This document shows, in pieces, positions 8,573-17,270 of a stretch of DNA of 64,000 nt. Under the pieces are notes generated by a model that saw nothing but the letters and a program-made list of their open reading frames with translations, did not search any database and was not told the DNA's origin. Every line of letters begins with the position of its first letter. Within the stretch, counting starts at the first letter, position 1. Both the position numbers and the translations under genes were made by a program. Location of the stretch: NCBI GenBank assembly GCA_029258825.1, contig JAPDKA010000003.1, forward strand, positions 2,065 to 66,064, given 5' to 3'. This DNA is from an archaeon. Lineage in GTDB: Archaea; Nanobdellota; Nanobdellia; Pacearchaeales; JAPDKA01.

Positions 8573-9895
8573 CTATGGATAAAAACGGTTAATTGTTCTG
8601 GGAAATGCAATAGCGTCTCTGATATGCTGCAAACCGCACAACCACATGATAAGCCTTTCTGTGCCCAAACCAAAACCACTGTGCTTTACTGCGCCATATC
8701 GGCGAGTATCAAAGTAAAACTGATACGCATCTAGATTCTCGCCAGCTTTTTTCAATGCTTTTTTCATTGCTTCAATGTCGTTATCACGTTCGCTACCACC
8801 TATAAGCTCACCCACATTTCTAACAAGCAAATCAAAACATAACGCAACTTTTGGGTTTTCTTTACTTGCTGGCTTATAAAATGCCATAATCTCTTTAGGA
8901 AAATGTGTAACAAACACTGGTGTGTCGAACAAACTCGTAAGTTTTTCTATTTCTAATGTACGCAAATCTTTACCCCACTTTACTTTCATTCCATGTTGTT
9001 CAAGCAATTTTAAAGCCTCATCATAAGTGATACGTTTCCATTTCTTTTGCAATGCTGTTTCTAGTTCAGCTGTATCGCGTTGCAATAACGCAAGTTCTTG
9101 TTTATGCTTTTCCAACACCCTTGCTATAACATGTTTCACCATCTCTTCTGCAACATCCATAATCTCATCCAAACCAAGCCAAGCAGCTTCAACTTCAGTA
9201 TGCCAATACTCTGTTAAATGTCTTGGTGTCCTGCTTTTTTCTGCACGAAAGCTAGGAGCAATAGTAAAGATCTTTTCAAGCGCAAATATAGCAGCTTCTG
9301 CATAAAGTTGCCATGTCTGTGTAAGATATGCTTTTTTATCAAAATACTTAACCTCAAATAGCGTTGGACCTTCTTCAGCAATTCTCGGCACTATTATAGG
9401 AGCATGAAACTCGTAGTAGCCTTTACTAATAAAAAACTCTCTGATTGCCTGAAACACAGTATGGCGTATCTTAAGAATTGCGGTCATCTTTCTGCTTCTT
9501 AACCATAAATGCCTATAATCAAGCAACAACTCTGTAGATTGATATTTACGAATCGGAAAGTCCTCAGCAATACTTATAATGTTGATCTGCTCTACTTGTA
9601 ATTCATAGCCGTTTGGCGCGCGCTTGTCCTTCTTAAGTTTGCCTTTAACCTCAAACGAACTTTCTATTGTTAATTTTTGCGCATTATCCCATGCTTCGCT
9701 ATCAGTTAAGACAACGCATTGAAGTATGCCAGTAACATCACGCAACACAAGAAATATTTTTTCTTTCAACTCCCTTTTTCTGTATACCCACCCACGCAAC
9801 CATACGCTATGCTTGCTTAATGCTTGCTCTGCCAGTTTTTCTTTTTCAGCAAGTTGAATTGCCTCATCAACATGTAAAAATGTAGCAACCTGCAT
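8573..9895 (-). CDS. asnS: Class IIb aminoacyl-tRNA synthetase, most likely asparaginyl-tRNA synthetase (AspRS not excluded)
   Basis: Class II motifs FRAEKSRTPRHLTEYWHTEVEAAW (Asn-type FW rather than Asp-type) and GGSERDNDIE...HSGFGLGTERLIMW...AFPR. Start moved to the internal Met MQVATFLHVDEA (cat at 9893-9895), with a TATA-like tattaaaa about 25 bp upstream. The ORF track's longer N-terminus is probably spurious. Confidence 0.7.
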   Translation of the reverse strand: MQVATFLHVDEAIQLAEKEKLAEQALSKHSVWLRGWVYRKRELKEKIFLVLRDVTGILQCVVLTDSEAWDNAQKLTIESSFEVKGKLKKDKRAPNGYELQVEQINIISIAEDFPIRKYQSTELLLDYRHLWLRSRKMTAILKIRHTVFQAIREFFISKGYYEFHAPIIVPRIAEEGPTLFEVKYFDKKAYLTQTWQLYAEAAIFALEKIFTIAPSFRAEKSRTPRHLTEYWHTEVEAAWLGLDEIMDVAEEMVKHVIARVLEKHKQELALLQRDTAELETALQKKWKRITYDEALKLLEQHGMKVKWGKDLRTLEIEKLTSLFDTPVFVTHFPKEIMAFYKPASKENPKVALCFDLLVRNVGELIGGSERDNDIEAMKKALKKAGENLDAYQFYFDTRRYGAVKHSGFGLGTERLIMWLCGLQHIRDAIAFPRTINRFYP

Positions 9896-10014
9896 AAAAT
9901 AGCAACATAATTTGAGTATTAAAAGGTTTTGCCAAGTTTTGCTCAAAAACCGTGTTGTATTTATAAAGTGGTTATTATCGAAAAGTTTAAAAAAGCGTAT
10001 CTTAACATTTTGTT

Positions 10015-10467
10015 ATGACTAGTAAAATTGAACAAAAAGTTATGGAAATTATAAGAAAAATAGAAAGCAAACCAGATAAAAGAAAACGTGAAATTCTAAT
10101 GTACAAATTAGATGAACTCAAAAATAAATATGATAAGCTCATGCAAATGAGTGATGATGGGTTATGCATTTATAATGCAAACTTAACAAATGAAAAAGAT
10201 TGGTTTTACCGACCAATAACACAAGAAGTAAGAGAATTACTTCTAAAAAGAAAGTTAAGCGAGAATCAATATAAGATTTTAGAACTTACGAAAAACTATA
10301 TTGAAAAAATAATTTATTGGGCCGCAGAGAGCACAAAAATAGAGATAATGAAAGAAATTGAAAAGATTGTTATCGAAAGAGAAATATCAAAAAAAGATGT
10401 AAATGAATTTAGAGATGTATTAAACATAGCTACTGCTTATCTATTATGCTTCCAGCATATTGGTTAA
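10015..10467 (+). CDS. hypothetical protein
   Basis: 150-aa ORF with charged helical composition and no recognisable motif. Confidence 0.45.
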   Translation: MTSKIEQKVMEIIRKIESKPDKRKREILMYKLDELKNKYDKLMQMSDDGLCIYNANLTNEKDWFYRPITQEVRELLLKRKLSENQYKILELTKNYIEKIIYWAAESTKIEIMKEIEKIVIEREISKKDVNEFRDVLNIATAYLLCFQHIG

Positions 10468-10640
10468 GATGGGATCAAACAGAAAGAAACAGAATATATG
10501 CAGAAATTGTTCCTCATATACCTTCTGCTTTAGATTACAGAATAGATAGGGATTTAGGTGTGATAAACGTTAAACCACCAAATCGATTCTGGAAGAGGTT
10601 CTTAAAACGATTATGAATTACAAAATAAAAAGAAAAAAAC

Positions 10641-11261
10641 TTAAACCAGGTGTATTCCAAACTTTTTAAGCAGTAAATAATAAAGCAAGATTACAGAAGT
10701 TATTATGAATAGCACAACGATCAATCTGTGTTTAAAGATGTGTTTTCTATATTTTTCTCTAAACTCATGCCTTGCAACATCTATAAGCTCGTCGCCAAAA
10801 TAAACAGATAAAAAAGTACCAATGCATGACAGCACTATAATAGACCAGAAAGGAACAGGATTAAGTAAAATATGTTTAAAGAGCTTCAAAAGCATTGTAG
10901 TTTCATAAACAGAAGGATTAAACAAAATAGAAGCAGTGTTCAAGGTTATAGCAAGAGCCCACACAGCAATTTCTGAACGTATCATTCTTATTCTTGCAAC
11001 CAAGCGAATAGGAAAATCAAGCAGCAATCCAGCATCACATATCGGCGTGCACAAAACAAAAAAAGACCAGGTTAACAGTGTAACAATAAAGCCATGCTTA
11101 ACACCATAACGAAAAGAAATAAAAATAAAATAGGCAATAACTATTGCAAGAACAGCAAAGAACTTTTTCAATACAAGGTTTTTTGTTTCATGTGCAATGT
11201 ATTCGCTACGAGCAATTTTTTGTGTAATTCTTTGCCTTGCCCTAGCAATAAAACTTGGCAT
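10641..11261 (-). CDS. hypothetical multi-pass membrane protein
   Basis: At least 5 hydrophobic TM-like segments in 206 aa. Confidence 0.55.
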   Translation of the reverse strand: MPSFIARARQRITQKIARSEYIAHETKNLVLKKFFAVLAIVIAYFIFISFRYGVKHGFIVTLLTWSFFVLCTPICDAGLLLDFPIRLVARIRMIRSEIAVWALAITLNTASILFNPSVYETTMLLKLFKHILLNPVPFWSIIVLSCIGTFLSVYFGDELIDVARHEFREKYRKHIFKHRLIVVLFIITSVILLYYLLLKKFGIHLV

Positions 11262-11351
11262 GATTATTTTATTTTTAGACTCATATAAAAAGTTTGCCTT
11301 TACCAGAAAATCATCACAAATTATAGAAAATTCCTGTTTTCTTTTTATTCT

Positions 11352-11813
11352 TTAATCTTTTCTGTTCATTGCTGCATACGCCAGATTTGTTATCCCAAAA
11401 ATTCCTAATAAGATACTAAATATGTATGACCACCTTTTTGTAGGTTCTTCATAAGATAATTCTATATTTTTTATTTTTTTCCCTATATTCTCTAGAACAG
11501 GTTGGTAAACACTTGGATTTTCAGATTCTCCAATTTCTGTAATTATATCCTTTACTTCTTTTTCCAATTTACTTACATCTTCTCTGAACTTTTCATTTTT
11601 TCTGACAATTGCGAGAGTTTTTTGTACATATTCTAGTACATTTTTTGGATTTTCTCCTTCATATTGTTGTTGTATATAACTGGAGATTCCTTCAAGCATA
11701 TGTAGTTCTGGTATATTTTGTTTTGGCTCATAACCATATATAGCAAAAGATAACGTTATGCCTGAAAAAAACATACATGCACCCCCTATAATAAGATCTA
11801 TTATTTTTCTCAT
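11352..11813 (-). CDS. hypothetical membrane-anchored protein
   Basis: N- and C-terminal hydrophobic segments with a charged helical middle. Confidence 0.5.
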   Translation of the reverse strand: MRKIIDLIIGGACMFFSGITLSFAIYGYEPKQNIPELHMLEGISSYIQQQYEGENPKNVLEYVQKTLAIVRKNEKFREDVSKLEKEVKDIITEIGESENPSVYQPVLENIGKKIKNIELSYEEPTKRWSYIFSILLGIFGITNLAYAAMNRKD

Positions 11814-11957
11814 GTTTTTAACATTGTATTTGACATTTATAAATTTTTCGGTTTTTGTTACTTCTATTAAATAATTATAAAAAACTCAACTAGAAATTTT
11901 TAATTTTAGTTATAAATTTAAATTTAAGCTATCCTAAACTTAACCAAAACATTTTTA

Positions 11958-12161
11958 ATGTCTACTATGCTATTAATTAGCATGACAACGCAAGAAATGA
12001 GGACATACCAATGTGAAGCATGTGGTTATAAGTTTAAAGCAACAAGATTGCATAAGATTTGCCCTTATTGTGGTAAAGAAGGTACAGTAAAGCCAGTGAA
12101 AGATGCAGAAACAATACTTAAAGAGGTTGATCAAGAAAATCAGGGAGGATATCAGCAATAA
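11958..12161 (+). CDS. small zinc-ribbon protein
   Basis: CEACGYK...CPYCGK is a CxxC-x17-CxxC motif. The true start may be an internal Met. Confidence 0.5.
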   Translation: MSTMLLISMTTQEMRTYQCEACGYKFKATRLHKICPYCGKEGTVKPVKDAETILKEVDQENQGGYQQ

Positions 12162-12184
12162 AACTATAAAAGCAGATAAAGCAA

Positions 12185-13135
12185 ATGCGTGCAGAAATTA
12201 CCAAAATTCTCGGCGAAGATTTTTTCAGTAATGAGTTTGTTTCTAAGCTTATTACTCAAGCAAAAAAATACAATGCCAAAAGAGGAGTAAGATTACTACT
12301 ACCTGAACAAGACGAAAGGGTTAAGCAAGCAGTAGAAATAATCAAGCAATTAAAAATAGCTTTGCCAATTACAATCGCAAAAAATCTTGCTAAGAAAAAA
12401 ATAATGTTAAAGCCAGAAAAGATATGTAGCATAACAGAACAATTGATAAAGCAAAACACTATTGATGCAGCAATACTTGGTGCGAGCTTTGCAACAAGAT
12501 ATACGTTAAAGCTTGCTTTCAAGTTTATGCATAACGCTAAACGAGTTAGTGGGGCAATGTTAATGTTACCAAAACGCAAAAACAAACCTGTGTTTTTTAT
12601 TGCAGACATCGCAGCAATGCCAAACCCGAATGCTGATCAACTTGCAGAAATTGCACTTCTTACAGCAAGAACGTTTAATGTTGTCAAGTTTTTGTTCAAA
12701 CGTAACGCTAACATAGCTATGTTAAGCTATTCTACATTTGGTTCTGGTAAAGGTGATGATGCGATGAAAATGCGGGAAGCTGTAAAAAAAGCAAGAAGAT
12801 TGCTCAAAGCCAAGCTTAATGCTGTAATTGATGGTGAAATGCAGCTTGATGCAGCATTAATAAAACAAGTGGCAATAAAAAAAGCAAAAGAAATGCATGT
12901 AAAGCCATTAATTAAAGGTAATGCTAATGTGTTAATCATGCCTAACCTAAGCAGTGCAAATATATGCTACAAAGCAATTCAGCATATTGCAGATTATTAT
13001 GCTGTTGGTCCAATATTACAAGGTGTAAAGCCTCCAATAAATGACTTAAGCAGGGGCTGCAGCATTGCTGACATTGTCTTGCTTGCTGCCTTCACTACGT
13101 TGCAAGTTCATAAATCAATTTCTGAATCAATCTAA
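12185..13135 (+). CDS. pta: phosphate acetyl/butyryltransferase family (Pta/Ptb-like)
   Basis: Family motifs DGEMQLDAA, PNLSSANICYK, GPILQG, INDLSRGCSIADIV, and an overall length of 316 aa. Confidence 0.7.
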   Translation: MRAEITKILGEDFFSNEFVSKLITQAKKYNAKRGVRLLLPEQDERVKQAVEIIKQLKIALPITIAKNLAKKKIMLKPEKICSITEQLIKQNTIDAAILGASFATRYTLKLAFKFMHNAKRVSGAMLMLPKRKNKPVFFIADIAAMPNPNADQLAEIALLTARTFNVVKFLFKRNANIAMLSYSTFGSGKGDDAMKMREAVKKARRLLKAKLNAVIDGEMQLDAALIKQVAIKKAKEMHVKPLIKGNANVLIMPNLSSANICYKAIQHIADYYAVGPILQGVKPPINDLSRGCSIADIVLLAAFTTLQVHKSISESI

Positions 13136-13217
13136 ATTTAAAAGTAAAAGATTGTAAGTATAATCATAATTATAGTAACTGTGATTATATGTATAAAACA
13201 TTCAACAAACTTGGCTC

Positions 13218-13685
13218 TTAAAAGTCCAACCTTGTTTGCTTGAAGTATTGATGTAAAAAGTGATGCGCTCTTTCGAGTAGTTCTTTTTGCGTTTTGAACT
13301 TTAGTTTTTTTATAGCTTCATCAAAGCTTAACCAAAAAAACGCATCATGCTCTGTAAGTCTGACTTGCTTTGTATTTGCTTTCGCAAGAAAAAATACAGA
13401 GGTTTTAGCAACAAGTTGATTATTGCGTTTAAATAAAAATCTTACCTCATGCCTAAAACCAGGAATCAGTTCGACATCTAACGATGTTTCCTCTTTAATT
13501 TCACGCAATGCTGCTTGTTTTTCTGTTTCGTTAGATTCAATTTTGCCGCGGGGAAAACCGTAAAACTCTTTAAAGCTATTGCTAGCTTTCCTATAGAGTA
13601 TAAGATATTCTACAGAAGGCCATTTACCATAAAAAACTACTGCGCCAGCAGACTTTTCTTTTTCCATTTTGTTTTTGCTTTTCAA
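13218..13685 (-). CDS. NUDIX hydrolase
   Basis: Nudix box GFPRGKIESNETEKQAALREIKEETSL (GX5EX7REUXEEXGU). Confidence 0.75.
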   Translation of the reverse strand: MKSKNKMEKEKSAGAVVFYGKWPSVEYLILYRKASNSFKEFYGFPRGKIESNETEKQAALREIKEETSLDVELIPGFRHEVRFLFKRNNQLVAKTSVFFLAKANTKQVRLTEHDAFFWLSFDEAIKKLKFKTQKELLERAHHFLHQYFKQTRLDF

Positions 13686-13692
13686 AAGATTT

Positions 13693-14253
13693 TCAACTTT
13701 TTAACTTTAATTCATAAACATATAACGTTTCAAAAAACAACTGCTGTTTCGCAACAATACGCTTTACATAATGCTTAGCTATTGTTTTTTCAACTATGCT
13801 GTCTGTCAAAGAACTAAGCAACAGTAAAATAACACCGTTTGACTTTAAAAAATGCCTTGCTTGTTCCAAAAATTTAACAATAACTTCACAATTTTTTCCT
13901 GCGATAATTGCAATAGCTTCTGTATCAGCAAGATGTACATCGCTAGAAGAAGGTGGCAAATAAGGAGGGTTAAAAACAATCACATCAAATTTTCCTTTAA
14001 TATTGCTAAATAAATCGCTATGAACAACTTTAATGTTTACACCTGCTTTACTGGAATATTGCTTTACCAGTTTTACTGCAGCCATATTAATGTCAGCCGC
14101 AACAACATCGCAACCTGCTTGCGCTGCTGCTATCGCAATAATGCCTGAACCGCATCCCATATCAAGCAAGCTTATGCCTTTACGAAAGTATTTTGTTGCT
14201 GTTTTTAACATTAAAAAAGAATCTTCTCTAGGCATATAAACAGCTTCATACAT
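13693..14253 (-). CDS. HemK/Mtq2-like N5-glutamine (NPPY-type) SAM methyltransferase
   Basis: SAM motif I LDMGCGSGIIAI, catalytic FNPPY, and a small size (186 aa) typical of archaeal Mtq2-like enzymes. Confidence 0.65.
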   Translation of the reverse strand: MYEAVYMPREDSFLMLKTATKYFRKGISLLDMGCGSGIIAIAAAQAGCDVVAADINMAAVKLVKQYSSKAGVNIKVVHSDLFSNIKGKFDVIVFNPPYLPPSSSDVHLADTEAIAIIAGKNCEVIVKFLEQARHFLKSNGVILLLLSSLTDSIVEKTIAKHYVKRIVAKQQLFFETLYVYELKLKS

Positions 14254-14254
14254 C

Positions 14255-14983
14255 TTATTCTTGCGGTTTTAACTCAAGTATAAGTTTTTCGTTTTCAAGC
14301 CTGTAATTGATAATAGGCAATGCCAACGGAATAAGTTTGAAATAAACTTTATCTTTTGCTACTGCTTTAATCTCTATGGAATTATGTAATTTTGTTATAA
14401 ATACGTCTTTTTCACTTTGCACTCCAGGCATGTCTATTTCATAAACAATTCTGTCGCTTAACCTCTTTACACTCGATTTTGCTTCCTTCTTCGGTAATTT
14501 TGCTATTTTTTTGATGGTTTTTTCATCCAGTTTTGCTGTTTTCTTAATCGGCTCGACTTTAACTTTTATAGGCACTTCACTAACTTTTCCCTTACCAATA
14601 CGTCTAACTTCTATTTTTGGTTTTTTGCCAGTGCTTGTGGAAATGCTTATGCTTATACCGCTAACTTTCGGTTTTGTTTGCTTTTCATTTGCCAATTGTT
14701 TATCTATTTCCCTAAACTGTCTTTCTATCTCTTCAAGCAAACCAGAAAAGACTGTAGAGAAGTTCTTCATCATTGCTGTGGCAAAATCATCAAAGCCAAA
14801 ACTACCAAAGCTTGGTTGCATTAATTCGTCAATTCTATCAAGCAAACCATCTGGCTCAATAAGCTTTGCACCGCAATACGGACAATACCTAAAACGTGAA
14901 TCTATAAGCTTGCCGCATTTTTTGCATCGTTTTTTCATGTTTATATGCAAGACTTCGCTTTTTAAATGTTTTTGCTTCTGCAA
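14255..14983 (-). CDS. zinc-ribbon protein fused to an Hsp20/alpha-crystallin-like C-terminal domain
   Basis: N-terminus CKKCGK...CPYCGA. The C-terminus IVYEIDMPGVQSEKDVFITKLHNSIEIKAV resembles the sHSP ACD core. The likely real start is M16 (cat 14936-14938). Confidence 0.5.
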   Translation of the reverse strand: MQKQKHLKSEVLHINMKKRCKKCGKLIDSRFRYCPYCGAKLIEPDGLLDRIDELMQPSFGSFGFDDFATAMMKNFSTVFSGLLEEIERQFREIDKQLANEKQTKPKVSGISISISTSTGKKPKIEVRRIGKGKVSEVPIKVKVEPIKKTAKLDEKTIKKIAKLPKKEAKSSVKRLSDRIVYEIDMPGVQSEKDVFITKLHNSIEIKAVAKDKVYFKLIPLALPIINYRLENEKLILELKPQE

Positions 14984-14991
14984 AAAAACAA

Positions 14992-15996
14992 TTAGATTGT
15001 TCTTAATGCTTCATAAATTCTGCATAAACATTCGAGTCGAGAAAATATTTCAGCTTGTTTTTGTTCTAAACGGTCAACATTAAATTGTTTTTTACTTTCT
15101 TCAATTAAACCATGAATTTTCTGGTTGAGAGGTGCTTTAACCTCAAGTTGAACATTATGATTTGTATCATCCAATACGCCTTCCAAAACATCACAATGCT
15201 TATCTTTATTCCACATAACATTTACCACATTATTAGCAAAACCGAAATACCTCTCTGCGTTTTTATTCAGTTCGATCCACACATCAACAGGTTGTTCGTT
15301 CTTGTCATGCGTACTAAATTTTATTAACGAATACATATCATTTTTCTTTACTACAGTTATATCTTCTGAAGTTATATCAAAGCCCATCTCTTGCATTATA
15401 CTTATAACATGACTACCTATATCGAGCCAAATTTGTTCCCAACTTAATTGTTGGCTCAGCTTTAACTTACTTGGCCCAACACTATAGCCTATCTTAAATA
15501 CATGTTTAAATATGTCGTGTTTGTTTACTATTTCTTTATATTTTGCCACATCGAAAACAAGCTGGCAGTCTTCATCAACAAATGTTTTTGTGTTCTTTGC
15601 TTCATTAAATATTTCATTTATCTGCTTAAACATTTGTTCTCTAGCTATGTCTTCGCCATTTCCAGCGTAAACAAGCACAAACGGTTTTTCAATGAGCATT
15701 GCTTTTGGATGCAATTCAAGCGATTGAAGAGCATGATCATAATGTAAATCAGGAGGGCTAACTATACTAACATAGTCTACATGATGACTATCGCGAATAG
15801 CCTTTTCTAAATTTGTATAAGTAACGATCTCTATTTTTCTACCAATTCTTTCTGCCTCACTCTCCAGTTGATCAACAATTTCTGACAATTTATTTTCATC
15901 ACGCCTAACAAGAATAAGTTTATCACAATGTTTTAGCCACTCCTTTGCATGCTTAAAGCCAAATTTGCCGACACCAACAATTACTGCAGTAAGCAT
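14992..15996 (-). CDS. Gfo/Idh/MocA-family NAD(P)-dependent oxidoreductase
   Basis: Rossmann-type N-terminus VIVGVGKFG and the family signature LIEKP. Confidence 0.55.
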   Translation of the reverse strand: MLTAVIVGVGKFGFKHAKEWLKHCDKLILVRRDENKLSEIVDQLESEAERIGRKIEIVTYTNLEKAIRDSHHVDYVSIVSPPDLHYDHALQSLELHPKAMLIEKPFVLVYAGNGEDIAREQMFKQINEIFNEAKNTKTFVDEDCQLVFDVAKYKEIVNKHDIFKHVFKIGYSVGPSKLKLSQQLSWEQIWLDIGSHVISIMQEMGFDITSEDITVVKKNDMYSLIKFSTHDKNEQPVDVWIELNKNAERYFGFANNVVNVMWNKDKHCDVLEGVLDDTNHNVQLEVKAPLNQKIHGLIEESKKQFNVDRLEQKQAEIFSRLECLCRIYEALRTI

Positions 15997-16059
15997 AAAA
16001 TATCAAAAATCACAAAATTTAAAAAATTTTTGGATGAATTAACTTTTGTGTGGTAACAG

Positions 16060-16950
16060 TCAATCTTCAAAGAAATAATCCATTGCTTCTCGTATGTTTT
16101 GTACTTCTACAACGTTAATGCCAACTTCCTCGCCAATGTCTACTCTCTTTGGTATTTGCTCAATAGTGCAGAATTCAGCCATTCCGAATTTTTCACAATG
16201 TTTTTTTGTTTCATAGATAACCTCTTTGCTCTGAGTAAGAGGGACTAAAAATGTTGTCATGCCAGCTTGTTTTGCAGCCTCAGCTTTTGCTTTTATATCA
16301 CCAACCGGCCCGATAGTACCATCATGATTAATACTTCCTGTTATACTTACATTAGGCTTTATTGTTTTGTTTAGCAATGCAGCAATCGTTGCTATTGTTA
16401 TAGCAGCGCCAGCAGAAGGACCTCCAACAACACTGGCATTAGCATAAATATAGTAAACAAGATCGTAATTGCTTACATTAATACCAGTAACTTCTTGTGC
16501 TACTTTTCTGGCTATCCTTATACTGTTTTGTGTATCTGCCCAATATAACAGATTGTTAATATCAACCAAAGTTCTGCCACTCCCTTTAGCTGCCTCTACC
16601 GCAATGATTGTTATAACACCGTTACCGTCCCTGTCTACTGCTGGTACATAAATAGTTTTTATACTTGCGTTTGTTAAACTTAGACCTTGCTTTGGTAATT
16701 GAATCTGCTCAACATGTTTTTGTTTTTCAATTTTTTCAATTTTTAAAGGTAAAAAGGAATCATGACTCAATAAAGTATAATTAAGCTTATAAGCGAAATA
16801 ACTCAATAAGCAAATTAATAGTAAAGAAAAAACAAACAAAGCAAGGCGTTCCCTCTTTACAGTTTTTAATTCTGCTTTTGCAATAGCATATTTTTCAAAT
16901 AATTGTTGATAACTTTTAGCGCTATTTGTTTTTATTTTGCGTTTTTTCAT
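16060..16950 (-). CDS. membrane-anchored Lon-like S16 peptidase (proteolytic domain only, no AAA+ module)
   Basis: Single N-terminal TM segment (LALFVFSLLLICLLSYFAY). The Lon protease C-domain has the catalytic Ser motif VGGPSAGAAITIA and a downstream Lys (GDIKAKAEAAK). Confidence 0.65.
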   Translation of the reverse strand: MKKRKIKTNSAKSYQQLFEKYAIAKAELKTVKRERLALFVFSLLLICLLSYFAYKLNYTLLSHDSFLPLKIEKIEKQKHVEQIQLPKQGLSLTNASIKTIYVPAVDRDGNGVITIIAVEAAKGSGRTLVDINNLLYWADTQNSIRIARKVAQEVTGINVSNYDLVYYIYANASVVGGPSAGAAITIATIAALLNKTIKPNVSITGSINHDGTIGPVGDIKAKAEAAKQAGMTTFLVPLTQSKEVIYETKKHCEKFGMAEFCTIEQIPKRVDIGEEVGINVVEVQNIREAMDYFFED

Positions 16951-17028
16951 TTCACCTCTTTTTTTCGCTTTCTTTTCCTTTCTTTGCCTTTTCTTTTCTG
17001 TTTTTATTTTTTAAAATAACTGATAAAG

Positions 17029-17133
17029 TGGGCCCGGTCGGATTTGAACCGACGACCCCTGGTTTTCTTAGACCTGCCAAAATGGCAGTGGCCATATAAG
17101 ACCAGTGCTCTAACCAGGCTGAGCTACGGGCCC
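17029..17133 (-). tRNA. tRNA-Ile, anticodon UAU, with an approximately 30-nt intron at the canonical 37/38 position
   Basis: The reverse complement reads GGGCCCG-TA-GCTC-AGCCTGGTTA-GAGC-A-CTGGT-CTTATA[intron TGGCCACTGCCATTTTGGCAGGTCTAAGAA]A-ACCAG-GGGTC-GTCGG-TTCAAAT-CCGAC-CGGGCCC-A. It folds as a standard cloverleaf: 7-bp acceptor stem, D-arm, 5-bp anticodon stem, T-arm GTCGG/CCGAC, positions 34-36 = TAT, U33, A37. The intron contains a CTGCCA/TGGCAG helix consistent with a BHB motif. No encoded CCA. Confidence 0.8.
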
Positions 17134-17270
17134 ACCTAGTGTATACTACATAAATTGGTTTTAAAAGTTTTTCTTCAAAAGTTTTTCTCTACGATTTTTG
17201 GATAAAACTGTAAATAAGTAACCAAACAACTAACAAAATATTTAAAAATCATCATTGCCTAACAAACAAC

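Noticed and set aside
10446-10616. 57-aa ORF (MLPAYWLRWDQTERNRIYAEIVPHIPSALDYRIDRDLGVINVKPPNRFWKRFLKRL) overlapping the end of 10015..10467 in another frame
   Set aside because: The sequence looks protein-like, but it is short, has no motif, and overlaps the stop of the upstream gene. It could instead mark a frameshifted extension of 10015..10467. There is not enough evidence to call it a gene.
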